This document shows positions 12,902 through 24,011 of a stretch of DNA of 64,000 nucleotides, in pieces (the first letter of the stretch is position 1; each line of letters opens with the position of its first letter). The notes beneath the pieces are model-generated. The model was not told where the DNA came from. It worked only from the letters and a program-made list of their open reading frames with translations, and searched no databases. Location: the NCBI GenBank assembly GCA_050084515.1, contig CM114271.1, forward strand, positions 34,658,001-34,722,000. The letters run 5' to 3'. Made by a program: the position numbers and the translations under genes. Source of the DNA: Blasia pusilla. Taxonomy: Eukaryota.

Positions 12902-15890
12902 CAAAGAGAGAATGAGTGAGTGAGAGAGCTTCATGAGGGAGCTCGTTGGTTGCTCGATGTTTAGGGCAAGTTGGGGGACCGTGTTCCTGCTTCATGGCTC
13001 ATGGGAGTGCTCACCGGAGCAAGATCCGTGCGAGTTTGCTATTTTTCTTTGCTGATTTTTTGTACGGGATAGTGGCACGCGGAAGCGCAACCTAATTTTT
13101 TAAAGGAATTGAGTATGGGGGCGGATTACTCCATGCCGGTGCTCTCGGGAGCACCATGTAATTTTCTGATTTTTGTTGGGAAAAATCAGCGTAGAAGCGC
13201 TCCCAAATTTTGTGTAGGAGAACGAGACATTGGGCTTTACGACTGTCCCCGTCAATTTTTAATAGAATGTTCGATTCAAAATATTTTCACACCGTCGTAG
13301 ATCGTGAAGCTGTGCAATAAACGGTGCGCAATTTGGAGTTGCGAGCAAAAAGTTATGATCAATCTTGCCATTACTAGGCGATTTTTTGGGTTAAAAACCC
13401 TAAGCCAGCCGCCGCGCCGATGGCGGCCATCGCCGTCATACTCACCTTCAACAGTCTGCCATCAATGGTCAACCATCACCGTCAAAGGTCAACCGTCATT
13501 ATCAATGGTCCACCGTCCACCGCCCACCGTCGGCCACCGCCTAGCGCTGCATAGAGCCGCGTTCGGCCGTTGTCCACCCTTGGTTGCCATTGCCGCCATT
13601 ACGGAATGGAGGGTCTTCCACGACCACCATTGATTCTTTGACTTGCGCCACCACCATGTACTTTGGTTTGGCTGCCACCGTCATCGCAGTTTCGTCATCA
13701 ACTAGTGATGGCAGGCGACCTCGGGTTATAGTGTTTGAGTTTTTATTTCATGTTGCTATGTTGTGATTGGTAGCCGCTCGACGACGATCGAGTACTGTGT
13801 CGTGATGCCCGTAGCCGCAATGCGCCGCCGATTGCCGCGATGTGTCGCTTGTGGCCGCACTGCACCGTCTCGATCGCGGAGCCGCTCCTTCACTAAGGAG
13901 CAGAGCGTGTGAATTTCTGATTGAGGAGGGTATGTCGCTGAGTGCCGCACCCCATTCCCGAGTTCCGTGTCGTTTGTAGCCATTCCGTGTGGCCAGTGCC
14001 GCACCGGACCGCCGAACGTGCACCCCACATCGAGGAGGTTTGAGCAGCGTCAGTACGAGAGGAGTACGACTTGCTGATTGGAGGAGTTGTCTTCATGACC
14101 GAGTTGGGGTCGAGATTTGCAGTTTCCGAGAAACAACATTGACATTATTTTCAGGTTACCCATTCTGGTCTCTTACCCTGCACGTGTGAGGGATTTTCGG
14201 GTATTGGGAAGTTATTTGGGATATTGGGTTTCGTGTTGATGCTAGGAGCATCGATGATGTATGGTTTTAGGGGACATAGAACTGTGTGGGATGTCCAGAG
14301 TTGAGGATGGTTTGTCGATGAGACAATAGACCAGTTGATTTGCCGCACCACGATGCTTGTTGCCGCACAACACACGTCTTAGTGAGAGAGTGTAGATTGA
14401 GTGCCGCATGTTTAGTCTGAGTGATTGAGGGATTACTCGCAAGATTGAGAGTGATCATGTGAGAGGCACGAGGGCCATCATAGCGTCCTTTCAGGATTTT
14501 GAGAGGCGAGGTAGTGGACCTGAGAGTAGCTCTGGAGGGTTTACCAGGAATGGTATGAGGTTTCTAGGGTCTCCATGAGAGAGACCACCTCGATCTCCTT
14601 CTGTGTCATCTTCAAACGAGGGGGAGCATGTAGAGGAGTGTGTTAGTGATCCACCCTACACATTGAGTGGTCCTACCAGTTGGGCGTACGAGATGGACGA
14701 CATGGATAGAGGACCGCGTAGGTTTTCGGGTGCTGTAGGCACCATAGAGCTACAGCGAGTGCGACGATTCCTATTGTTGATGCTTATGAGGGGCATGTAT
14801 CGAGCATGTTGTTGGGGGCGGCCACCATTGTGTACCATGCTCCTTTATTTTCTGCTTCCGATGTTATGACATTGAGAGGTACGCCCACCGAGGTTTTTTG
14901 ACTGGCCGCTACGCTATGTGAGCGTGGAGTTGGAATTCCTGCATCACGTTCAGAGGTGATTGCAGAGGAGGTGATGGACTTGCCCTTGGAGCAGAAGCTC
15001 GGGCCGTCCACGTTAGATTTATGGCAAGTTGTGGCTACTAAGATGGCGGAGATGCCCGCTAGACCCGCGATAAAGCGTGCCATGGCTTCCCCTGGTGTTT
15101 TGTTGCTGGATAACCGGGGAGAGGTCTTTCAGTTGGTGAGTCCCAGAGGTAGAGCTTTTAGTCCACAACGTGTCTTGTTGGATTCAGGAGCGCAACCCCT
15201 AATGTTGGGGAAAGCGTCATTTAGAGGATTGGGCTTGGCGAGAGCCAATGTGGAGCATTGTCCATTTCGGATACAGACATCCTTGGGTGGATCGAGTACC
15301 ACAGAGTATATCACCCGATAGGAGATCGTGGTGAGGATTCGCCCGGGACATCCTACAGATGAGTCCATGGTGCGAGCCAAGGGGATAGTGACTGATGCAG
15401 AGTCCTACAACGTCTTGGTTGGTGGAGCAGTGTTATACCTGATGGGGTTTTCCCTGGATTACTGGGAGGATTCAACGTCCTAGAGACCAGGATGGCAGTC
15501 AGGTGATAGGCGCCTTAGCTCATTACCTGTTCGATTCACAGGTGCAGTGATCGAGCGACGGCCAGGAGAGATGGCGACCTTAGCAGCTTTAGAAGTGCCA
15601 TCACTTGGCCTAGTGATTTGATTGAGGGACATGTCCATGTAGAGGATACTCTTGTTCCTGACATTTCTATGGAGAGGAGTGTCATGGTAGCCGCATTAGT
15701 CCGTGGAGGAGAGGTGCCGCTTTGGGGCTCGACTGAGGAGCTTCGACGCTTAGCCACTGAGCATGTGCAGACCGCGTGGAGCGAGACGTTTGCATCAGAG
15801 TGTAACGGGTCAGAGGAACCTTAGGTAGGCAAGAGTGATGCTATGAGCCCTTTGGACACAACCGCGATTGTGTGGTGCATTCCAGAGGAG

Positions 15891-16830
15891 GGTATTCGGA
15901 TGTTGGATCTCTTTGGAGGGATCAACATTGGGTTAGCTGTTGTTTTGCACATTGGAATGTGCGTGCAACAATACCTGTATGTGGAGATTGATGATGTTGC
16001 GAGGCACACTTCACTTCACCATCTGGCGCTGTTCCGCCTCCATTTTCCCAACTTATTGTCTGCGTCCGCCATTCATGGTTACCAGAGTTCCCTATCGAGG
16101 GACATTTCATTGTTGGGGGAGCAAGACTTGGAGCGGATAGGGACCATAGACTTGCTCATTGCTGGTTGGCCATGTTAGGGCCAATCGAGTGTTGGACGAG
16201 GAAGCGGGTTAGCTGACACTCGGTCCAGGTTCTTTTGGGAGATGATGCAGATCTTGCAACATTTACAAGAGCATCAGCCTCGTTCTCCATCATACATTTT
16301 GGAGAATGTGCCAATTTTGGGTGATCCGAGGTCCCGCGTGGTGACGAGTGCACATCAGGTGCGGATTGGCCCGGCAGTGTTGTTAGATGCGGCAAGTGTA
16401 GGTTCTAGAGCACATCGCCCGCATCTTTGGTGGACCAACTTGATACGACATGAGGTGTTGCGGAGGGCTTATGCGAGAGTAGAGCGTCCCTCCGATTTGT
16501 TGGTGGATTCTATATTGGATCCGGGCCGTCGATCACAGGCAGTGAGACATGATGATCGACCGCCGTTGACTGTGATCAACACGATTGGCATGCCATGAGC
16601 AACCTTTCCCACATTGGTGACTTTTCCCGCTTCCTATGCATTCAAGGAGGCCGGACCTGGCTTGGTTTGGGATGACCACATACATAGGTTGGTGGAGCCC
16701 AATGCCGATGAGCGAGAGCGAGCAATGGGATTCCCCACAAGAGTGACGGCAGTATCGTCACTATCAGAGGCATCATGACGTTATATCTTGGATCAGGCGA
16801 TGGACCTTAACTGCTTGATATGGATTTTCA
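15891..16830 (+). pseudogene. DNMT3-like C5 cytosine DNA methyltransferase domain within the retroelement polyprotein (copy 1)
   Basis: All in one frame with stops. Motif I IRMLDLFGGINIG; II YVEID; IV IDLLIAGWPC(*=Q)GQS; FFWEMMQIL; VI YILENV; VIII LDAASVGSRAHRPHLWWTNL; IX ERERAMGFP; X RYILDQAM. Confidence 0.9.
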
Positions 16831-17239
16831 GCTTAGGAGTAGTTGAGCAACGTCATTTGAGGATGCAACAGATCACAAAATTTGTGTTGGTGAGCCCCAT
16901 TCCTACCGAGACGGTTGAGGCAATGGCTGGGGGCGAGACCCGAGGACATCGACACACCAGGGGTGATCGGGAAGAGACACCCTGGGACTTCTTGGGATTT
17001 TTTGCAGGTACGCAAGGAGATGATAGCCACAACATTGAGCGTGGTTCTGGGTACTACACGTGGAGATGAGAGTTCTATTTTCCGAGACGGGGTAGCACCA
17101 TAGCAACCACAGACATCTGCGCCGAAGAGTCCTACCGTAGTCACAATATGGAAGACTTGGGAGCCAGATATGGGCCCTAAGTTGACAGGAGGAGAGTGGC
17201 GTCAGATACACCAATTCCTTAGGAGTTATAGGAGTTGTT

Positions 17240-20200
17240 TTGCATTTAGTATGCATGATTTGGGTACGCTGAAGGGTCCAGGGATCCGCATTGAGTTGTC
17301 AAGTGACACGCCAATCTTCTGACAATCCTTCAGGTACAATGACATGGAGAGGGCTCTGATTTAGAGTAGGAGCCAAGACTTGGTTGGAGCAAGACTTGTG
17401 GAGATGTCACATGGAGAGTATGCATTTGCCACTATCATGCCCGGCAAGAAGGATGTGCATTGCAACTAGACGGATGGGCGGATGTGTGGAGATTACCAAC
17501 CTATCAATCGGCATACGAAGTTCGATAGGTATGCCATGCCCACCCTTTGATGCAATTGGGCAGCAAAGGACTTCAGTTCATTGGATTTGCGAGCCGGATA
17601 CCATCAGATGTCTATCTGATTGGTGGACAGGCAGAAGGCGGAATTTTGGGGCATCGATCCTCACGGGAAGGATTGTTTGTACCAGTGGCGGTTCTTACCA
17701 TTCAGGTTAAAGAACGCCCCGGCTGAGTTTCAGAGGGTCATGGATAGGATGTTGGCAGGTTTGGATTTTGCTTGGTATTTTATTGATGACATCGTAGTAT
17801 TTAGCGCCACAATTGAGGAGCATGAGCAACATCTAGAGGAGGTGTTTCGACGATTGCAGTTACATGGGTTGAAGCTACATCTAGGAAAGTGCAAGTTCTT
17901 CTACGGCTAGATTGCATATGATATACCTTGGGGGCCTTGGTATGCAATTAACGAAGGTAGAGGCTATTTCACGCATTCCACGTCCTACAGATGTGAGTCG
18001 AGTTCGTGCATTCATGGGATTGCCAAACTTCTATCGACGGTATGTCAAGGGTTTCAGTTCAATTGCGAAGCGGCTAACCTTGATGACCAAGGTGGATCAG
18101 GAGTGGCACTGGTAGAATCAGCAAGTAAGAGCATTTCAGATGCTCAAGGACATATTGATGTCCGCGTCTATATTGAGGAGACCGATCAGGGGGCGTCTTT
18201 TCCAGTTGCATACCGATTGGAGCATGTTGGGGCTTGGAGCCGTGCTCACCCAGCATGAAGATGATGGCAGAGAGTTTGTGGTGGCTTACGCTAGTCGCTC
18301 GAACAACGCTGCAGAGGTGAAGTATAGGTCATATGAGGGTGAGTGCTTGGCTGCAGTGTGGGCTGTCGCACATTTTAGATGTTATCTATTCGGCAATCCC
18401 TTTACCATCATTACTAATCATCAGCCACTTAAGTGGTTGATGGAGTCCGACAAGCTTACAGGGAAGTGTGCGAGGTGGGCTCTTTTGTTGCAGGAGTATG
18501 ACTTCCAAGTGGTGCATAGACCTCGGACGCTCAACCAGGATGGAGATGGTTTGAGTTGTAGCCCATGCCAGAGTCAGCGAGATGCGACTGGAGCTCGTTG
18601 GCATGATGAGAGTGATGAGGAGTTGGTGCGAGGATGGCATGCCTTAGCCTATTTGGGCTTGTTGGCTATGGAGAGCCAAATTGCTAAGACTTCGATGGCG
18701 AGGTCTGATGGAGAGTCCTTAGATCTAGAGGCCGGTGAGGAGACGACAGGTGGCCAAGACATTCACGACGATGGAGTGGTCTTGGAGTACTTGCGTATTG
18801 GCAGCGTCGCGAGCACATTGGGTGCTAGAGAGCGGGATTGGATCCTACAGCGAGCCAGATGGTTCCGGTGGGAGGGCACATATGTGTTGCGAGTATGGGA
18901 GGATAGTAGAGTGTGTGTAGTGCCTCATCCTTTGCAGAGAGCACGTTTGGTGCGTCATGCCTACAAGGAGTTGGATCATTTTGGAGTGAAGCGGACGTAC
19001 AACTTGCTCCTAATTCAGTACTAGTGGCAAGGCATGCAGACTGACATTCAACAGTATGTTGCCAGATGCATGGTGTGTGATCGAGTTCGAGCATCATTCA
19101 ATGCTCCGACTCTAGAATTGCATCCACTTCCGATCATGGGCTTAGGTTATAGATGGAGTTTGGATTTTGCAAGTTCTTTGCCTTTGACGGAGCGCCATAG
19201 TCGTTATGTGTTGGTGATGGTCGAACACTTCTTAAAGTGGATAGAGTTATTTGCATTGCCTGACAAAGCGAGTGAGGGAGTAGCGTATGCCTTCCTAGAT
19301 GGAGTGTTGAGTCATTACGGTGCACCAGCTGAGGTGTTGACACACCAGGGTACAGAGTTCCGTGGGGAGTTTCAAGCCTTGTGTGATTAGGCACTAATCG
19401 ACCACTGCACTACTTTGAGAGATCATCCTGAGGCAGATGGACTAGCGGAGCGGGTTGTGCACACAGTGAAGAGAGGACTGCGTAAGTATGGCTTGCAGAG
19501 AGGTCATCTAGGAGATTGGGACCTTCAGTTGCCGTGGTTGGCGATGGGATACAGATTCAGCAGTCATGCGTCCTTAGCGTCTTTCTCACCGTATTTTTTG
19601 CTTTATGGCCGAGAGCCACATTTACCTACGGCCATTCGTTGAGATGTTGGTGAGGTGTTGAAACTTTATGACCTTGATGTATGGATGCGAGCATGTTCTC
19701 AGAGGGCTATGTTGTTTTGGAGAGTGATGCCCATGGCGTTTGAGAACTTGGCGATTGCGCAACATCGGGATACGTTGAGGTATGCGACTATTCGGGGAGA
19801 TGGTTATCGACCTACTATCCGGAGGTTTCATTAGGAAGACTATGTCTACTTGCATTAGACGGCACCCACGACTTTAGATGTGACTGTAGGACGCACAATC
19901 TTGAGAGTGCGTGAGGTTTTTCCATCCGGTGTTCTCTTATTGGAGGGACGCAATGGTATGGTTTGGAAGGACCATGTGCGTAAGTATGCGCCATATCATC
20001 TTCCGAACATTGACAGTATAGTTGATTTGAGCTTAGCAATAGTTTCTGCAGGCTTGCGGTGTATATTGTGTGGTTCTGCCCGTTGTGCAGCCACTATGCT
20101 GGTCTGTGATGGATATTGGAGAGGATGGCATATGGCATGTTTGACGCCACCTCTCACTAAGGTTCCTCAGGGATGATGGATGTGTCCCAGATGTACATAG
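17240..20200 (+). pseudogene. RT-RNase H-integrase-PHD portion of pol (copy 1), disrupted
   Basis: ORF fragments 17620-17910 (RT), 18140-19024 (RNase H, INT zinc-binding), 19034-19642 (INT core) and 19880-20176 (PHD). Domain order RT-RH-INT is the Gypsy order. Confidence 0.92.
20060..20194 (+). other. PHD finger at the integrase C-terminus
   Basis: CILCGSARCAATMLVCDG(Y<C)WRGWHMACLTPPLTKVPQG(*)WMCPRC matches the Cys4-His-Cys3 PHD consensus. Confidence 0.88.
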
Positions 20201-20380
20201 AGTAGGTAGTTCTACATTCCGACTTGTATCTGTGATATGGATGACAAGAAGGCAACTAACAATGGGGCCACATGAGCACCTGGCCTTCTTGCTCTTAGCG
20301 TCCGAGAGATGTATGTCATGGTAGGTAGGGATAGATGGCTATCTGGAGTTAGAGGGACCTAACCACTAGCTAAGGGGGCG

Positions 20381-20508
20381 ATTGGAGATATTTTGGTACT
20401 TCTCGTCTCGTTTTTTGGATGCCATGAGTTAGCATGGGATCGTGCGTGTTTGTGTGTGTGTTTGGTGACAGCGATGTATATTGTGTAGCGATGTGTATGC
20501 ACACGATA
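20381..20508 (+). repeat. Repeat B1 (128 bp), preceded by a polypurine-tract-like AAGGGGG (20372-20378)
   Basis: ATTGGAGATATTTTGGTACTTC...GTGTATGCACACGATA aligns to 21029-21156. Confidence 0.9.
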
Positions 20509-20510
20509 AC

Positions 20511-21029
20511 TGTCACGTCTTTTAGGATAGATCGGTGAGATCTAGTAGAGCGCCTTAATGAGTAGTTGAGGACAGGCTTAGTAGGTTGAGGATGACCTAC
20601 TGAGGCCCCGGGAAACTTGAGAGAACAGGTTTCCCCTTCGTTTTGGCTCATTTGGAGCCATATTGAGGAACTTACTATTTTAGGTAAGAACCACTTTGAG
20701 TATATGATCGACTTTATATTTTTGGTAAGTGTCCCTTGACCTCCTACATCACGTCAAGAGCCAAGGAGGTGACTTGTGAGCATAGGTTACCATGGAAAGA
20801 GCTTGGGAGAGGGGAGGGACATACCTCAAGGAGAGAGAGCTTGAGAGCTCATTCTCTTTTTTTTGAACCTCTTGGCATGAGACGGCGGAGCTATGGTCTT
20901 GATTGCCTTGTGCGTGTAACCCAAGCCTCTCATTAGGAGAGTGGGTTTGGTTTGACATTGAGAGAGACACGTGAGAGTGCACACATGTGAGAACTATGGT
21001 GTTGTGAGAGAGATTGGATCTTTATTTTA
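20511..21029 (+). repeat. Repeat A2
   Basis: TGTCACGTCTTTTAGGATAGATCGG...GGATCTTTATTTTA is a direct repeat of 12403-12901. Confidence 0.92.
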
Positions 21030-21156
21030 TTGGAAATATTTTGGCACTTCTTGTCTCGTTGTTTGGATGCCATGAGTTAGTATGGGATCGTGCGTGTTTG
21101 TATGTGTGTTCGGTGACAGCGATGTATGTTGTGTAGCGATGTGTATGCGCACGACA
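21029..21156 (+). repeat. Terminal repeat B2 (128 bp)
   Basis: ATTGGAAATATTTTGGCACTTC...GTGTATGCGCACGACA is a direct repeat of B1 and is followed by the AAGG TSD. Confidence 0.9.
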
Positions 21157-21599
21157 AAGGAAATTCATATTAATGACAACCTTTGACATGTAATTACCCT
21201 GTGACTTATGGCTTAACGAATCCCCAAAACTCTTAATTGACCTTAAAAATTCCGATCAATTTTGAAGAATCTTATTGGCTGAAAGATTAAGCAATGTTAT
21301 TAGCTAAGAGGGCCAATTGTCAAAAGCCAAAAGGAGAGATGCTCGGAAATCAAATGGGCACTCTCCAATAATAATACAAATTATCAATGGTTTCATATTC
21401 ACAAAACTTTCTTCATAAGAAATCATGTGATTTACACTTGTAAATTGATATACTTATATCACTAATGGTACTTGGGCTCTCAACTCTATGATATTTCCCA
21501 TGATATAACTCATAGCCAACCCATTCTCATCACTATAGTAATAATCCACATAATTTCATTGTGAAAGAACTTCACGTCTTATGCCTTGAAGTAATCCTT

Positions 21600-22765
21600 G
21601 TCATAATAATACAATGGTGACGGTGGTGGTGGTGTTGGTGTTGTTGCAACAACAAAAACCCTCCATTGCTATGGATAATTGTGGTGTGTTTAGGGTGGGC
21701 ATATGATTCCATAAATGGGACGAGAGAAGAGTGATGAATCCTTCATCTTAAAGTTTACCTCACAAATGGAGTAGAGTTTCTACATCGATCCTCCATCCCT
21801 TCACAAGTAGAAGTATATCATGACACACATTCTTAGGAGTAGACATGCTTTGCAGAAAGTGGGCAAGGTGCGTCAGAATATAGGGATTTATAGAGTGAAA
21901 GACATAACCCATTTCTTGAATAATACAGATTTTTATTGTAATCCAATGGATAATTCACGCGTACAATTCATTAAATCCCTAACCTACCTCGCATTCATAC
22001 CCCGAAATTTTTTATCGCTGATGAGTTTACATAATTGCCTCCATTTGCAAGCTTCATTGCACAGTGAGCCTATTGTCAACTCTCTAGAGCATGTTGCATG
22101 TGGCTTAACACAATACTCCTTGAAGTTTGAGGCACCTTTCGTACCAAGCATGTACTTCCTTTTTTCCAACTTTTTTGTATGCTCCTAGGTTTGTGGCCTT
22201 TAATTCTACCGTACACTCGCTATCAAATGTAGCTTAATATTCATAATCTAAGGTGTCCTCGATGTATTAGGAGCCATATCATAGTGAGACACAATCGTAC
22301 CCCCTCTTACCTCTTTGAGGTTCTTCCCTCCCTTATCACTAACTAGGATCATAAGCATGAAATAAGGATTCCACCCTCTTGAAGTTTCTTTTATAAGGAA
22401 TACGAGATGAGTTCCATTTATGACTCCAAGGATTTGATCACAAGTCTCTTGCGACTCGAATTTGAGACCTGAAATTCGCCAAGTATGAGTCTCACTAGAA
22501 GATGTCTATAATCAATTCGCGAGTGTAACTCACAATCATATTTGCGAGTCCATTGCAAGCATAGTACGAGTCCCTATAGTTGCAACTGCAAAACGACTGT
22601 CCTGACTTGCAAAAAAGCGTTCCCTCACAAAGATGCCCCAAGCCACAATGTAGTCACACATACTAGATTTGCAAACTGGCAATCAAAATGAAGTCACAAA
22701 GTCATCTTTCTTGGAAAAAATGGACTTGCAATGGAGTGACATCGATATCTCTATCCTTAGTAGTG
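21600..22765. mobile_element. CACTA (En/Spm) element remnant with terminus
   Basis: Ends ...TAGTAGTG (CACTACTA on the - strand) at 22765. TTGCAA/TCGCGAGT-type subterminal motifs at 22430-22730. Segments at 22150-22400 resemble 35740-36080, next to the transposase remnant. Left boundary approximate. Confidence 0.55.
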
Positions 22766-23865
22766 TATGGAATTAGAAGGATATAACCACCAATTAGGAC
22801 TTATGAGGGAGATTGAAGATATTTTGATATATGATCATATGTATGTGAGTATGTCTAGTTTCCATGGCTAAGTGTGGTTTCCATGTTCATGAATTATTTG
22901 TATTGATAACCACAATATGTTTCACTTTGCTTTGTATTTCCATACAACAATTGCTACATGAGTTATACTAGAGTAGAAAGTATCTACACAATATAATTTA
23001 TGAGTGTAGGTACTGACTTTTTTGGATCAAGGATGACTTGATACGAACGTAGAAAACCTCACTGCATAGGTTAACTCAAGTTTTAAAACATTTTGGGGTT
23101 ATTTAGAGGCACTATCCATTTTGGGTAAATCCCATATTTTTGGCGTGATTGACTTCCTATTTTATAAGATGCTCCTTAACCTACTAATTCTCTACGTATA
23201 TATCTTGCGCAATGCATTTTTCACATGTGCACCACAATATAATCATGGTTTGTTATGCCATTCACTACTTTCTTCCAACTTTGACAAAATATTGATAATG
23301 TAAAAAGAAAAACCATAAACTCTTCTTCATTATGAAACATAATAATAGTAACTTTGCCTCAATAACTCGTTTGAAATTTCCCTTCAGCGTAACGGAAAAA
23401 AATCATCCACATAGGAAAAACACTACGAAAAGGAAAAAAAGAGAAAATCTTGAACACGAAAATTTCCAACCAAAATTTTGGAAATCAATTCACATGATGT
23501 AGTGAATGAATGAATTTAAACCACAAGAATATTAAAAAAAGGAGAAAATGACAAAAAATGGTCACACAATGATTAATATCCCTCAAAAACTTATGCTTTA
23601 CATAGCCCATAAAGTGAAGTAGTATTGTTATAAACTAATCATTTCTCAAAATAAAGATAAAACTATGTGTAATCGGAAAAACATTTAAAGGATTGTTAGA
23701 TGCTTCAAAAGGTAATTTTCTAAGCATGTGTAGAGACTTGTCTTATCCCTATTTAGTGTTTTGGGATTTATGAACCATACGATTGGACGAACCATCTATC
23801 TGACTATGAGAGAATGCGTTTATAAGAGGTGTCACTTCTCCTGGTGACACATGTCTTTTTGGACC

Positions 23866-24011
23866 AATAAGATTCTTCCTTTTAATTCATTATTCCACAA
23901 GTTACATGTGCTCTCTTCCCAAGTTTGGAATCATTTTTAATAAGATTCTTCCTTTTAATTCATTATTCCACAAGTTACAGGTGCTCTCTTCCCAAGTTTG
24001 GAATCATTTTT
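23866..24011. repeat. Tandem duplication of a ~73-bp unit (2 copies)
   Basis: AATAAGATTCTTCCTTTTAATTCATTATTCCACAAGTTAC...GGAATCATTTTT occurs twice, near-identical. Confidence 0.85.

Larger units (their letters stand above)
12403..21156 (+). mobile_element. Ty3/Gypsy-type retroelement, copy 1 (both termini present, decayed): gag(deleted)-PR-C5 methyltransferase-RT-RNaseH-INT-PHD, with split direct repeats A...B-A-B
   Basis: Starts TGTCA (12403) and ends CACGACA (21156). Flanked by AAGG at 12399-12402 and 21157-21160. Motifs: PR VLLDSGA (~15172); RT WRFLPFRLKNAPAEFQR...FIDDIVV; RNase H LHTDWS/YEGECLA; INT HHCC plus SLDF...GLAERV. Many in-frame stops and frameshifts. Confidence 0.92.

Noticed and set aside
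15891-16830. Host DNMT3/DRM gene or bacterial restriction-modification contaminant
   Set aside because: It is intronless, embedded at the same position in two retroelement copies, in frame with the protease, and surrounded by spliced plant genes.
12403-21029. Reading the element as an ordinary two-LTR Gypsy with LTR = A
   Set aside because: A2 does not end in CA with a TSD. The PPT-like tract precedes B1 rather than A2. The matching AAGG and the GACA end come only after B2.
12403-21156. DIRS/Ngaro (tyrosine recombinase) classification, and a DIRS-type adenine methyltransferase
   Set aside because: No YR motifs were seen. An aspartic protease, a DDE integrase and a TSD are present. The MTase has PC/ENV C5 motifs rather than DPPY/NPPF.
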